IMG/VR virus record: IMGVR_UViG_3300025666_000003
Span: 1 to 64,000 of that record
Direction: 5' to 3' (one strand)
DNA from: a virus
Length of the DNA: 64,000 nt
Position 1 is the stretch's first letter. Every line of letters starts with the position of its first letter. Below are positions 7,240-16,965 of the stretch, piece by piece. Position numbers and translations under genes: made by a program. The notes beneath the pieces were generated by a model. It was not told the DNA's origin. It searched no databases and was given only the letters and a program-made list of their open reading frames with translations.

Positions 7240-8381
7240 CTTAACCACATAATTTTAGTATTAATATCTGATGCATCTTCTTCTACTAGTTCAAAAAGAC
7301 AAGCTGCTCTACCATCTGAAAAGTTATCCATTATCCAATCTGAAACACCAAAAACCGAGCCTATATTAAAATATGACATTTTATGTCTAGAACAATCTAG
7401 ATCTGTCATATGAAGATCACCCTTTCTTACATGTATTTCATGGTTAGCTATTTTTCTATCTTTAACGTAGTCCATTATAAAAGATTCTACTTCTGCATTT
7501 ATTTTAATAGGAAAACCTTTAAATCGGTTTTTCTTGTCTTTACCATGTGTGATTACAAAAGCTTTATCATAAACTACATAATGTCCAAGAAATTCTTCCT
7601 GATTAATAAAGTTAACTTCAGGCCATGCTATCGTAGCATACTGTTGTAAGCCAAAACAAGCATGCCAACCAAAATCACCTGCATGATTATCATTAGTAAC
7701 ATTAAATATTGTTACTTTGTTAGCTACATTAGCTTTAATTAGAGTTTCATAAAACCATTTGTGTGTAAAGAAATGTACCCTAGCTGCTTCCTTATTAGAG
7801 AGGTTCTGAGGTAAGGTATGACCACCTCGTGTAGTAAAACCATTAAAACCATCTAAAGAGTCTCCTAGATCAGCTAATACAAGCTCATCTAGTTTACCAT
7901 AGGTATGGAAATAGTCCATAACCTTTTCATAGATGGCAACCATTCTTTTATGAAAAATATGTTCATCGTATTTTCTTTTATAAAGAGCATCTGAAGGAAT
8001 AGCTGCACCAATATGTTTATCAGCAGACCACACAATCAGTGTTCTATTCTTTTCTAACTTATCTGATTCTAAATAAATAGGATCCAGATGACCAATATCT
8101 TTTATTATGTCAACCCAATCTTCCTTAGTTAATGGATCTGGATCAATGTCTGCGTTAGTGAAACTTTCACACCATTCTTTTCCATTATACCATCTTGATT
8201 TTAAAACTAAGTTTTCTGATTGGGTTTTTTCTTTTGGATAAGATACTTCTTTTCGTACTATTTGCAGTGCTTTTTTACATCTAGTAACATCTGCCTCTAA
8301 GTGTTGAGCTAATTTACCAGGACCCCATTTAAGGTAACCTGGTTTAGTTCTTAACAAATCTTCGATCTGATTAATTGTCAT
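7236..8381 (-). CDS. Calcineurin-like metallophosphoesterase with a possible N-terminal HTH
   Basis: Motifs ADKH, LGDSLDG, NDNH, THG, GDLH. Confidence 0.85.
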   Translation of the reverse strand: MTINQIEDLLRTKPGYLKWGPGKLAQHLEADVTRCKKALQIVRKEVSYPKEKTQSENLVLKSRWYNGKEWCESFTNADIDPDPLTKEDWVDIIKDIGHLDPIYLESDKLEKNRTLIVWSADKHIGAAIPSDALYKRKYDEHIFHKRMVAIYEKVMDYFHTYGKLDELVLADLGDSLDGFNGFTTRGGHTLPQNLSNKEAARVHFFTHKWFYETLIKANVANKVTIFNVTNDNHAGDFGWHACFGLQQYATIAWPEVNFINQEEFLGHYVVYDKAFVITHGKDKKNRFKGFPIKINAEVESFIMDYVKDRKIANHEIHVRKGDLHMTDLDCSRHKMSYFNIGSVFGVSDWIMDNFSDGRAACLFELVEEDASDINTKIMWLS

Positions 8382-8432
8382 AAGCCAAGAAATTTTATAT
8401 GTTTGCAGCCTGAAAAAGGCTAAGCATTAATA

Positions 8433-8458
8433 TTTATATATATAATATACTAAATTTT
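8433..8458 (-). promoter_or_regulatory. Candidate promoter motif AAAATTTAGTATATTA (minus strand)
   Basis: 16-nt exact match to 62080-62095; upstream of a minus-strand gene. Confidence 0.55.
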
Positions 8459-8463
8459 TACAT

Positions 8464-8826
8464 ATGTTTACATCAAAACTACAAAAGAAGAATGGTAAGC
8501 TTATTTACCAAACAGAAAAAGAAAAGCTTGCATTTAAACTTTTCGTAGATACATTAGAAGAAGGAGATCAAGTTGACTTCTTTATAAATAGATCATCTAA
8601 GGATGCATCATCAGCTCAAATAGCTAAGGTGCACACTTGTATAAGAATATTAGCTGAAGAAGCAGGTTATGCTTTTAATGAAATGAAATTACTTGTAAAA
8701 AAAGAAACAGGATTAAAGTTTGGTGATGAATATAAATCTTTTGCAAAATGTGATAAAGATGAAATAGCAGCTGCTATTCAAACTTGCATACAAATAGGAG
8801 AATTATACAATATTAATCTTGCGTAG
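8464..8826 (+). CDS. NinB-like/hypothetical recombination protein
   Basis: S..Q.A.VH..IR.LA...GY.F.EMK...K...KSFA.C.K.E pattern reminiscent of the NinB family. Confidence 0.45.
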   Translation: MFTSKLQKKNGKLIYQTEKEKLAFKLFVDTLEEGDQVDFFINRSSKDASSAQIAKVHTCIRILAEEAGYAFNEMKLLVKKETGLKFGDEYKSFAKCDKDEIAAAIQTCIQIGELYNINLA

Positions 8827-9127
8827 GAACTACATAACCTTCATCAGTAGGTTCAAGAACTTCTTTATCTTCATAAAGGTTTTCTTTCTTTGCTACTGTT
8901 TCTATCTCAGCAAGCATGCGACTTAAAGTTTGAAAAGCTTGTTCATAAGCATCAAGTTCTGAATATGGTTTTTCCATAACATTCTTGAGAGAAGCTTCTC
9001 TGTTCTTTTCATCATTTGATTTTAACTGAAAAAAAAAGAATAGAGTATTCTTGAGCATTAGATAATATGCTTTATTGACTTTAACGTTAATAATAGCATC
9101 ATTTTTTAGTTCTTTTACTGTTATCAT
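8813..9127 (-). CDS. Hypothetical protein (start re-assigned to ATG 9127)
   Basis: MITVKELKNDAII...; the longer 9154 start overlaps the UDG gene and a promoter-like element. Confidence 0.7.
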   Translation of the reverse strand: MITVKELKNDAIINVKVNKAYYLMLKNTLFFFFQLKSNDEKNREASLKNVMEKPYSELDAYEQAFQTLSRMLAEIETVAKKENLYEDKEVLEPTDEGYVVPTQD

Positions 9128-9131
9128 AACA

Positions 9132-9139
9132 CAAATATA
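9132..9139 (-). promoter_or_regulatory. Bacteroidota-type -7 promoter element TATATTTG
   Basis: Exact TAnnTTTG match 4 nt upstream of ATG 9127. Confidence 0.45.
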
Positions 9140-9145
9140 ATAAAT

Positions 9146-9859
9146 ATGAACCAAACAATTGATATAGAAGAGATAAAAGAAAAATTATATGAACAACTCA
9201 AGCCATCGGGTTGGGGTATTAAACTAAGAAGTTTTATATTTAGTTCTGATTTTGACAATATACTGCTTCAGTTAATAAAACAAACTAAAGAAGGTAAACG
9301 TTTTACACCTAAAATAAAACAATTATTTAGAGCATTTGAAGAATGTCCTTACAGTGAACTTAAAGTAGTTATTGTAAGTCAAGATCCTTATCCTCAATTA
9401 GGTGTAGCAGATGGTATAGCTTTTTCTTGCGGTAACACAAAAGAAGTACAACCTAATTTAAAATATATACAGAATGCTATATTAAATACTGTTTATTCAG
9501 AAGAAGGGTGTGCATTTGATAAAGATTTAAAAAGATTATCTAACCAAGGAATATTACTTCTTAACACAGCTTTGACAACTACTATAAATAGGATAGGTCA
9601 ACATTACATGTTATGGAAACCTTTTTTAGCATATTTATTTGATTTTCTTACCTGGAATAATAATGGATTAGTATATATCTACATGGGAAAGAAAGCTACT
9701 GAATGGCAAACTGCTACTAATGATAATAACTATAAATTGATGTGTTTGCATCCAGCTAGTGCGGCATACAATTCTTCTGAAACTTGGGATTGTAATGATG
9801 TATTTAATAAAACATCAAAGATTATTAAGGATAATTATAACTTTGAAATAAATTGGTAA
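9146..9859 (+). CDS. ung: Uracil-DNA glycosylase (family 1)
   Basis: LKVVIVSQDPYP, ADGIAFS, QGILLLNTALT, HPAS. Confidence 0.9.
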   Translation: MNQTIDIEEIKEKLYEQLKPSGWGIKLRSFIFSSDFDNILLQLIKQTKEGKRFTPKIKQLFRAFEECPYSELKVVIVSQDPYPQLGVADGIAFSCGNTKEVQPNLKYIQNAILNTVYSEEGCAFDKDLKRLSNQGILLLNTALTTTINRIGQHYMLWKPFLAYLFDFLTWNNNGLVYIYMGKKATEWQTATNDNNYKLMCLHPASAAYNSSETWDCNDVFNKTSKIIKDNYNFEINW

Positions 9860-10455
9860 TTATGAAAGATGTATTTAATAAACTTCTTAAAAATTCACTT
9901 TCTCCAAATACGTATTATGTTCTTTACTGCATTAGTGAAAAAATAGTACCAAACAATGGAGTTAGTAAAGAACTTGAAATTAAAAGATTAAAAAGCGATG
10001 ACTGGTTGACAGAAGATCTTAACATTACAGATAAATCTAATTTTCTTTTAAAAGAAATTGGAGCTTTTTTTAAAAACAGTAAAAAGAAGACTTCTAAAGG
10101 TTTAATGGGTGATGATTTTATGGAAAAAATAGAGGATTATTCAGATATTTTTCCTAAATTTAAACTTCCCAGTGGCAAATATGCAAGATCAAATAAAAAG
10201 AATTTAGAAAACTGTTTTAGATGGTTTTTTGACATTCATGACTATGACTGGCAAACTATTCTTCTAGCAACAGAAAGATATGTTAATGAATTTGAATTGA
10301 ATGGATATAAATATATGAGAACTTCTCAATATTTTGTTAGAAAACAAGGAACTGATAAAGTATATGATTCAGAATTAGCTACATATTGTGATGTAGTTTT
10401 AAATGGTGATGAAGATCACGATTCTTCTAATCACTTTAGTGAAAACGTTATATGA
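9853..10455 (+). CDS. Putative replication initiation/helicase-associated protein
   Basis: 200-aa ORF coupled directly upstream of DnaB; function inferred from position. Confidence 0.5.
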   Translation: MVIMKDVFNKLLKNSLSPNTYYVLYCISEKIVPNNGVSKELEIKRLKSDDWLTEDLNITDKSNFLLKEIGAFFKNSKKKTSKGLMGDDFMEKIEDYSDIFPKFKLPSGKYARSNKKNLENCFRWFFDIHDYDWQTILLATERYVNEFELNGYKYMRTSQYFVRKQGTDKVYDSELATYCDVVLNGDEDHDSSNHFSENVI

Positions 10456-11444
10456 CAGAAATCAAAAAATCCAAGAAATGGGTTACACAAAAGAATGGCT
10501 ATTTAGAATCTTTGGAATATCTCCAGGGAAGAATGAATGGTTCTATTTGTAGTATCAGAACACCTTGGCCAAAATTTAATGATGCCCTCACGGATGGGTT
10601 TGAATGGAATACTATAACTGTAATAGGAGGAAGACCAGCAAGTGGTAAAACTCTTATAGCAGAACAAATAATAAGGGAAGCCTTTCCATTAAATCCTACA
10701 GAAAAATTTAGAGTATTACAATTTCAATTGGAAATGCTATCTAGAACCTCTGCTATCAGAGAATACTCTAGTGTCTTAGGAAGAAGTTATAAATACCTCT
10801 GTAGTGCTGAAGTAGAAAAGCTAACAAAGGAAGATCTGAAGAAATGTCATGAACATGCAAAGAAAAGAGTACAGTATCCAATTGATATTGTTGAAAAAGC
10901 TCCTACTATTGAACAGTTCAAAGATATTGTACATGAATATATGTCTGAACATACTGCTGAAAATGGTGAATATACAAAGGTTATAATGACTATTGATCAT
11001 TCACTATTATTTAAACTAGCTCCTACAGAAAGAACTAGAAATGACATGTTAAATAATTTAGGAGAAGCACTTACACATCTTAAAAGAATTTATCCAGTTG
11101 CATTTATTGTATTAAGTCAACTTAATAGAAACATTGATCATCCGGATAGAGCAGAAGATGGAAAGTATTCTAATTATATACTTGAATCTGATATATTTGG
11201 GGCTGATGCTTTATTACAACATGCAGATACAGTTATAGGAATCAATAGACCAGGTAAACAAAAAATAAGATTTTATGGCCCAGATAGATATATAATTGAT
11301 AATGATAGAGTGCTAGTATTGCACTTTCTGAAATGTAGAAATGGTGATACAAGACTTAGCTTTTTTAAAGCTGAATTTGAAAGAATGAGTATTTCAGAAA
11401 TGGATACTCCACCAACACAAGAAAGAAAAATTGGAACCAAATAA
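10452..11444 (+). CDS. dnaB: DnaB-like replicative helicase (SF4)
   Basis: GGRPASGKT, QLEM, IDH, LSQLNR, QHAD, KCRNG. Confidence 0.9.
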   Translation: MTEIKKSKKWVTQKNGYLESLEYLQGRMNGSICSIRTPWPKFNDALTDGFEWNTITVIGGRPASGKTLIAEQIIREAFPLNPTEKFRVLQFQLEMLSRTSAIREYSSVLGRSYKYLCSAEVEKLTKEDLKKCHEHAKKRVQYPIDIVEKAPTIEQFKDIVHEYMSEHTAENGEYTKVIMTIDHSLLFKLAPTERTRNDMLNNLGEALTHLKRIYPVAFIVLSQLNRNIDHPDRAEDGKYSNYILESDIFGADALLQHADTVIGINRPGKQKIRFYGPDRYIIDNDRVLVLHFLKCRNGDTRLSFFKAEFERMSISEMDTPPTQERKIGTK

Positions 11445-11451
11445 ATAAGTT

Positions 11452-11985
11452 ATGAGTTTAAGTACAAATAGTTTTAATAGAAAAGAGAAGACAGCAGAAC
11501 TCATAAAACATCATGCTGATAAAATAAAGGCAAACAATATAGAGAATCCTATATTTATCCCTAAATGTGCATATCAACCACATGGACTAGAGGGATTACA
11601 TTTAGGATTTTTTGATAGTGAGCTGAAAAAAGGTTTAGATATATATACTGAATTTGTTAGTATAGATTTAGAACCTGAAGATGAAGAAAGAAATTTATAT
11701 AAATTACGGGGCAACCCACATTATGAGGAAGAATATGAATCAGCACAACCTATTAAAGTTGGTGGTGGTGTAAGATATTTTGTTCCTGTATCTGAATTAA
11801 TAAAAATTGATTTTCCAGAAAGACAATCATGGCAAGAGGAAGCCGTCTTCCCTAACTTTGATAATATGATGGATCCTGAAAATGATGAACCTTTAGCTAG
11901 AATGACTATTAAAGATTTAGCTGCTATCATGCTAAAGAAGCCTGTTAGTGATAAGAAATGGTTAAATAAAATAATTAAAAAATGA
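11452..11985 (+). CDS. Conserved hypothetical protein
   Basis: 177-aa ORF in the replication operon. Confidence 0.75.
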   Translation: MSLSTNSFNRKEKTAELIKHHADKIKANNIENPIFIPKCAYQPHGLEGLHLGFFDSELKKGLDIYTEFVSIDLEPEDEERNLYKLRGNPHYEEEYESAQPIKVGGGVRYFVPVSELIKIDFPERQSWQEEAVFPNFDNMMDPENDEPLARMTIKDLAAIMLKKPVSDKKWLNKIIKK

Positions 11986-12743
11986 GTACATCTGAAATAA
12001 TATTGCCTACTAAAAAAGTAGTTGCAACAATAAGAAATCCTGAAAATTTAGTAATGTTTTCAAAACCTAAAGTAGGAAAAACAAGTTTATTGGCAGAGTT
12101 GCCTAATTGTTTAATTTTAGATCTTGAGCGTGGGTCAAAGTATATTGATGCTATAAAATTAGAAGCTAACTGTATTGATGACATCAAAGCTATAGGGACT
12201 ACAATAAAAGAACAAGGTAATCCTTATAAATTTGTTGCTGTTGATACTATTACAAAGCTAGATGAAATGGTAGTGCCATATGCTGAACAATTATACTCTA
12301 AAAGCCCCATGGGTAAAAATTGGTTTACTCCTAAGACAGGTGGTAAAGCTAAATATGGAACTATAATAGGTATGCCAGAAGGTGCTGGTTATTATTGGAC
12401 AAGATTAGCTTTTACAAAAGTTACTGATTATATATCAACTTGGGCTCCATATACTATATTTGTAGGCCATGTTAAAGATACTATGTTAGAGAAAGAAGGC
12501 ACAAGCTTTTCGTCTCTTGAGTTAGATCTTACTGGAAAGTTAAAAAGAATAGTTGGTGCTCATGCAGATGGGTTGGGTTATTTGTATAGAAAAGGAAATA
12601 AAAATATTCTAAGTTTCAAGACTGCCTCAGATTTATCATGTGGTGCAAGACCTGAACACTTGATGAATAAAGAAATAGTATTGTCAGAAATGATTGAAGG
12701 AAAACTTGTTACCCACTGGGACGAGATTTACATAGATAAATAA
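11982..12743 (+). CDS. Sak4/AAA_24-type ATPase (recombination)
   Basis: SKPKVGKT P-loop, LDLERG, VAVDTIT, VGH; adjacent to an SSB-like gene. Confidence 0.8.
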   Translation: MSTSEIILPTKKVVATIRNPENLVMFSKPKVGKTSLLAELPNCLILDLERGSKYIDAIKLEANCIDDIKAIGTTIKEQGNPYKFVAVDTITKLDEMVVPYAEQLYSKSPMGKNWFTPKTGGKAKYGTIIGMPEGAGYYWTRLAFTKVTDYISTWAPYTIFVGHVKDTMLEKEGTSFSSLELDLTGKLKRIVGAHADGLGYLYRKGNKNILSFKTASDLSCGARPEHLMNKEIVLSEMIEGKLVTHWDEIYIDK

Positions 12744-12764
12744 ATAACAATTAAATAAAAACAA

Positions 12765-13448
12765 ATGGGATTAAGCACAACAGACTTACCACAAGGTGGT
12801 GGATTGCCAAAAACAATTCAACCAGGAAATTACACATTGAAAATAACAAGTGTATATTTAGATGATTTTAAATTTATCCAAGGAGCTAAACATTTTATTA
12901 TGAATGTTGAAACTGAACCAATTGAAGGATTTGAAGGATTTATGATTGATAAAGATGATCCAAGCAAAGGCCAACATAAAGGTCAGATAGGTAGATTAAA
13001 AGCAAGTCAATATGCATTTGCAGATGGTACTACTAAATCTGGAATTAAAATTGAAAGAGATAGATCTTTCTTAATGTTTTTACAAAACTTGTGTAAAGCT
13101 TTAGGAAAAACAGATTGGTTTTCTGCACAAGATAATAAGCATGATACTATTGAAGAATTTGCAGATGCTTTTAATACTGATGCACCATTTGCGGATGTAT
13201 ATTTAGATTGGTGCATAGCTGGGAAAGAATATGAAAGTAAAAGTGGTTACACAAACTATGATTTATGGTTACCTAAGAATTCTAAGAAAGGTTATTCTTA
13301 TGTACAAGTTGATTCTTCTAAATTATTACAATATGATGAGGCTGAGCATCTTAAAAAGATGGAAGTTACTCCTGTTGATGGATTTGGAAGTTCTAATAAT
13401 ACAGATGTTCCAAGTAAAGCAGCATCAGATTTTAGTTTAGACGATTAA
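12765..13448 (+). CDS. Putative single-stranded DNA-binding protein
   Basis: Follows the Sak4-like gene; N-terminal PGNY..KI motif; acidic/aromatic tail SDFSLDD. Confidence 0.55.
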   Translation: MGLSTTDLPQGGGLPKTIQPGNYTLKITSVYLDDFKFIQGAKHFIMNVETEPIEGFEGFMIDKDDPSKGQHKGQIGRLKASQYAFADGTTKSGIKIERDRSFLMFLQNLCKALGKTDWFSAQDNKHDTIEEFADAFNTDAPFADVYLDWCIAGKEYESKSGYTNYDLWLPKNSKKGYSYVQVDSSKLLQYDEAEHLKKMEVTPVDGFGSSNNTDVPSKAASDFSLDD

Positions 13449-13464
13449 TTTAGTTATATTAAGT

Positions 13465-13495
13465 AAGGGGAGTAATTTCTAACTCCCCTTTTTTT
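13465..13495 (+). terminator. Rho-independent terminator
   Basis: AAGGGGAGT/ACTCCCCTT followed by TTTTT. Confidence 0.8.
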
Positions 13496-13514
13496 GGCTT
13501 TAAACTGTAAGTAT

Positions 13515-14501
13515 ATGATTTCTACTAAAAATTTAGTATTTGATATAAGTGATGTCCCAAGAGAATGGGTGTTTGAATATTATCTCACTTTAGGTGAGAA
13601 ACTTACAGGACAAGATGTGAAAATGAGATCTGCTTTTGGAGTAGATAAACTTCCTTCTATGTTTGTATATTATGATGTGGTAAGTTCTAGCTATAAATAT
13701 AAAGACTTTTCTTCAGGATATCAGGGTAATCATCTTGATCTTGTGCAAAAATTACATTCTCTTCCAAATATTGGACACGCAATTGTAAAAGTTATTGATG
13801 ATTATAATGAATATCTTGTTGATCACAAATACAAGAAGCTACCTGATATTAAACCTCATAGTAAATATAGGGTAACTGATTTTCAAATTAGACATTGGAC
13901 AAATATAGATGCTAAATACTGGACACAATTTCATATTACTTCAGAAGCTTTGGAAAAATATAATGTTGCTCCTTTGGAATATTATAAAATGACTAAAGAA
14001 GATGAAAATGGTAAGTCACATACTATAAAAATTAAAACTAATAGCCTTTATGGTTATTTTAGAGATGATGGTATGTTATATAAGATTTATCAACCTAAGA
14101 TTACGGCAAAGAAATTTATTAAAGTTCGTGATTATATTCAAGGTTCTGAACAATTAAAATATGATGTTAAATATCTGATTATAAATTCATCATTAAAAGA
14201 TTTATTAAGTTTTAATAGTTTAAACATAAGTAACATAGAAACTGTAGCTCCGGATAGTGAAAATACTACACTACCTAAAATAATGATAAATGAATACAAA
14301 GAAAAATATAATAAAGTTATTATACTTTTTGATAATGATGAACCAGGTATAAGAGCTATGGAAAAATATAAAAGAGTATTTGACATTACTCCTGTATTAT
14401 TACCACTAGAAAAAGATTTATCAGATTCTGTAAAAAAATATGGCATAGAAAAAGTCCGAGATGTACTTATGCCTTTAATTAAAAAAGCAATATATGATTA
14501 A
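13515..14501 (+). CDS. DNA primase (TOPRIM)
   Basis: SSLKD, APDSE, FDNDEPG, KDLSD; N-terminal D..PSM...YKDFSSG region without Cys; start set to ATG 13515. Confidence 0.85.
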   Translation: MISTKNLVFDISDVPREWVFEYYLTLGEKLTGQDVKMRSAFGVDKLPSMFVYYDVVSSSYKYKDFSSGYQGNHLDLVQKLHSLPNIGHAIVKVIDDYNEYLVDHKYKKLPDIKPHSKYRVTDFQIRHWTNIDAKYWTQFHITSEALEKYNVAPLEYYKMTKEDENGKSHTIKIKTNSLYGYFRDDGMLYKIYQPKITAKKFIKVRDYIQGSEQLKYDVKYLIINSSLKDLLSFNSLNISNIETVAPDSENTTLPKIMINEYKEKYNKVIILFDNDEPGIRAMEKYKRVFDITPVLLPLEKDLSDSVKKYGIEKVRDVLMPLIKKAIYD

Positions 14502-14733
14502 TATTTATTTCATAACTGTTAAACAATATGAGACATCTATAAAAGATGATGGAATTAGTAGAGAAGAGTTGGCACAAGGAAATGAAAAATTCAATCCTAA
14601 AATATTTAAACAATTAGCTAGCCAAGATGGTTTTAAATATTCTCTTACAGAATATGTAGAAAATTATAATCATGGACTGTTAAGTGAAGAAGTAAATCAG
14701 TCTTTTGCGTATATGGCAGTTTTAATAGAATAA
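14494..14733 (+). CDS. Hypothetical protein
   Basis: 79-aa ORF coupled between the primase and the resolvase. Confidence 0.65.
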   Translation: MINIYFITVKQYETSIKDDGISREELAQGNEKFNPKIFKQLASQDGFKYSLTEYVENYNHGLLSEEVNQSFAYMAVLIE

Positions 14734-14734
14734 T

Positions 14735-15226
14735 ATGAGTAAAATTTATGTTGGAATTGATATTGGTCTTGCAGGTGCATTAGCTAGTATTGATAAAAAA
14801 AATGTAAAGGGTCTTAAAATGCCTATGTTAGGTAAAAAAGTGGATCCGCATGATATAATAAAAGAATTAGAATTATTAAAGCCAGATCATGTAGTATTTG
14901 AAAAACTTGGTGTAATCTTTGGAACCAGTAAAGCAACAGCTTTCTCCATGGGTGAACAGAGTGGAATCATACAAACTGCATGTATTTGTCTTGGAGTACC
15001 TTACACAATTGTACCTGCTAAAGAATGGCAAAAAGCCATGTATACAGGAGTACCTGAAACAAAAAAATCTAATGGAAAACGGGATACTAAAGCTATGGCA
15101 CTGATTGCATGTAAGAGAATCTTCCCAAATTTAGAGTTAACACTGTCTGAAAGAGCTAAAGTAGCTCATGATGGATATGTAGATGCTATTTTAATGGCTG
15201 AGTGGGCTCGTAGAAAAAACTTATAA
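14735..15226 (+). CDS. RuvC-like Holliday junction resolvase
   Basis: VGIDIG, VVFE, P.EWQK, DGYVDAILMA. Confidence 0.85.
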   Translation: MSKIYVGIDIGLAGALASIDKKNVKGLKMPMLGKKVDPHDIIKELELLKPDHVVFEKLGVIFGTSKATAFSMGEQSGIIQTACICLGVPYTIVPAKEWQKAMYTGVPETKKSNGKRDTKAMALIACKRIFPNLELTLSERAKVAHDGYVDAILMAEWARRKNL

Positions 15227-15672
15227 TGAAAAAAGAAATAATTACTAGAAAAGAATGCAATAGATTATTTACTATAATTAATTCATCTGATGGTGAAAAT
15301 GAATACATAGCTCTTAAATTAATAAATGAATCAGATATTATGGAATCTTTAGGATTCATTATTTTACTTTATAAATTTAGCAAAATAGATAACTTAACAT
15401 GGGAATATGATTGTCCCAATGTTTGGAAAAAATTAAATGAAATTCAATTAATTAATAAAGATGAAGAAATAGTAACGCCAACATCTTCAGAAGTTTTAAA
15501 AACTATGATTGCTTATGATTGTGATATGGATGCAATTGCTGAATTTTTAGTATTACATTCTGAGACTTTAGTGAAAACTTTAAAAGTATGGGGCTATCCT
15601 ACAGAATTATTAAATATTAATATAACACTTAAAGAAAATATATATGATGACAAGAGCAGAATCACTAGCTAA
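15226..15672 (+). CDS. Hypothetical protein sharing a domain with the 18204 gene product
   Basis: 148 aa; SSDGENEYIAL...ESL motif. Confidence 0.75.
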   Translation: MKKEIITRKECNRLFTIINSSDGENEYIALKLINESDIMESLGFIILLYKFSKIDNLTWEYDCPNVWKKLNEIQLINKDEEIVTPTSSEVLKTMIAYDCDMDAIAEFLVLHSETLVKTLKVWGYPTELLNINITLKENIYDDKSRITS

Positions 15673-16963
15673 AGCTAGTAAAGATTTAATGTTAAAAGAA
15701 CCTTTTTATGGGTTTTTTCTTATTATGCTTAACAAAATATGGAACAATAAAATTGTCCCTACTGCTGGTGTAAGTAAAAATGGAATAAACTACCAACTTG
15801 CCATTAATGAGCATTTTTGGGATAGTTTGACAGATGCATATAGACTAGGAATACTCAAGCATGAATTATTACATATTGCCATGTTTCATTTGACAACTTA
15901 TCATAATTATACGGATAGGAAATTAGCTAATATAGCTATGGATATGGAAATAAATCAGTATATTGATGAAGCTTGGCTACCATCTGCAGAGATGAGTAAA
16001 GAGGAATATGATGATATGTGCGACTTAACTACTAAAAAGCTGAAAGCAGATTTTGAAGCTGAAATAATTACTAAAGAAGAATATGCTATTGAGGCAGGAA
16101 AGATTCCTGGCAGAGGGATTTTTATTAAAGATTATGAAGAACTTAATCTTGAATTAAAAGCAGGTACTAGATATTATTATGATAAACTAAGACAAGCAAA
16201 AGATAAGAAAAAACAAACTGGAACATCAGGATGTGAAAACTTTGATAAACTTTGTAAATCTCTTGATGGAGGAGATGACCCTACTGATCATGACCTTTGG
16301 GATTTGTTTGATGGAATGTCTGAAGCTGAAGGTAAGATGATGGACAAACAGTTAGATAGATTATTGAAAGAATCTGCTGATCAAGCTAAAAAGAAGAAAG
16401 GTAATGTTCCTGGAGAACTTGTAGACCATATTCTTAATATTGGAATCATTACACCACCAAAATTTGATTGGAGAGGTTACATTAGAAGATTTACTGGAAC
16501 TTCTACAAAAGTTTATACCAAGAAACTTAGACGAAAGCAGAATAAAAGATATGAAGGAAATCCTGGCCTTAAAGTTAAGATGAGACAACATATGCTTTTA
16601 GCTATTGATACTTCAGGTTCTGTTAGTAATGATGAAGTAAGAGAATTTATGAATGAAATTCAACATATTTATAAAACAGGTGTTGATGTTACTATAGTAC
16701 AATGTGATACTGTTATTAAAAGTATCGAACCCTATAAAGGCAAACATGATGATATGAAAATTCATGGAAGAGGAGGGACTGAATTTGATCCCGTCTTAGA
16801 TTACTTTAATGCACATCTTAAACAATATACTAGTCTAGTATACTTCACTGATGGTGAATGTAATGCTGATGTAAAACCCAAAGCTCCTGTTTTATGGGTG
16901 TTATCTGAACAATCAAATATGAATGAAGAATTACCAGGAAGAGTTATTAAATTAGAACTTTAA
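15644..16963 (+). CDS. DUF2201-type metallopeptidase-like plus vWA domain protein
   Basis: HELLH zincin motif, NIAMDMEINQ, MIDAS DTSGS, GRGGT, YFTDG. Confidence 0.9.
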   Translation: MMTRAESLAKASKDLMLKEPFYGFFLIMLNKIWNNKIVPTAGVSKNGINYQLAINEHFWDSLTDAYRLGILKHELLHIAMFHLTTYHNYTDRKLANIAMDMEINQYIDEAWLPSAEMSKEEYDDMCDLTTKKLKADFEAEIITKEEYAIEAGKIPGRGIFIKDYEELNLELKAGTRYYYDKLRQAKDKKKQTGTSGCENFDKLCKSLDGGDDPTDHDLWDLFDGMSEAEGKMMDKQLDRLLKESADQAKKKKGNVPGELVDHILNIGIITPPKFDWRGYIRRFTGTSTKVYTKKLRRKQNKRYEGNPGLKVKMRQHMLLAIDTSGSVSNDEVREFMNEIQHIYKTGVDVTIVQCDTVIKSIEPYKGKHDDMKIHGRGGTEFDPVLDYFNAHLKQYTSLVYFTDGECNADVKPKAPVLWVLSEQSNMNEELPGRVIKLEL

Positions 16964-16965
16964 TT

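Noticed and set aside
9128-9154. N-terminal extension MVHIYYICV of the 8813 gene
   Set aside because: It overlaps the ung start and a promoter-like element; ATG 9127 is more plausible.
13494-13514. TTG start for the primase
   Set aside because: It lies in the terminator T-tract; ATG 13515 is preferred.
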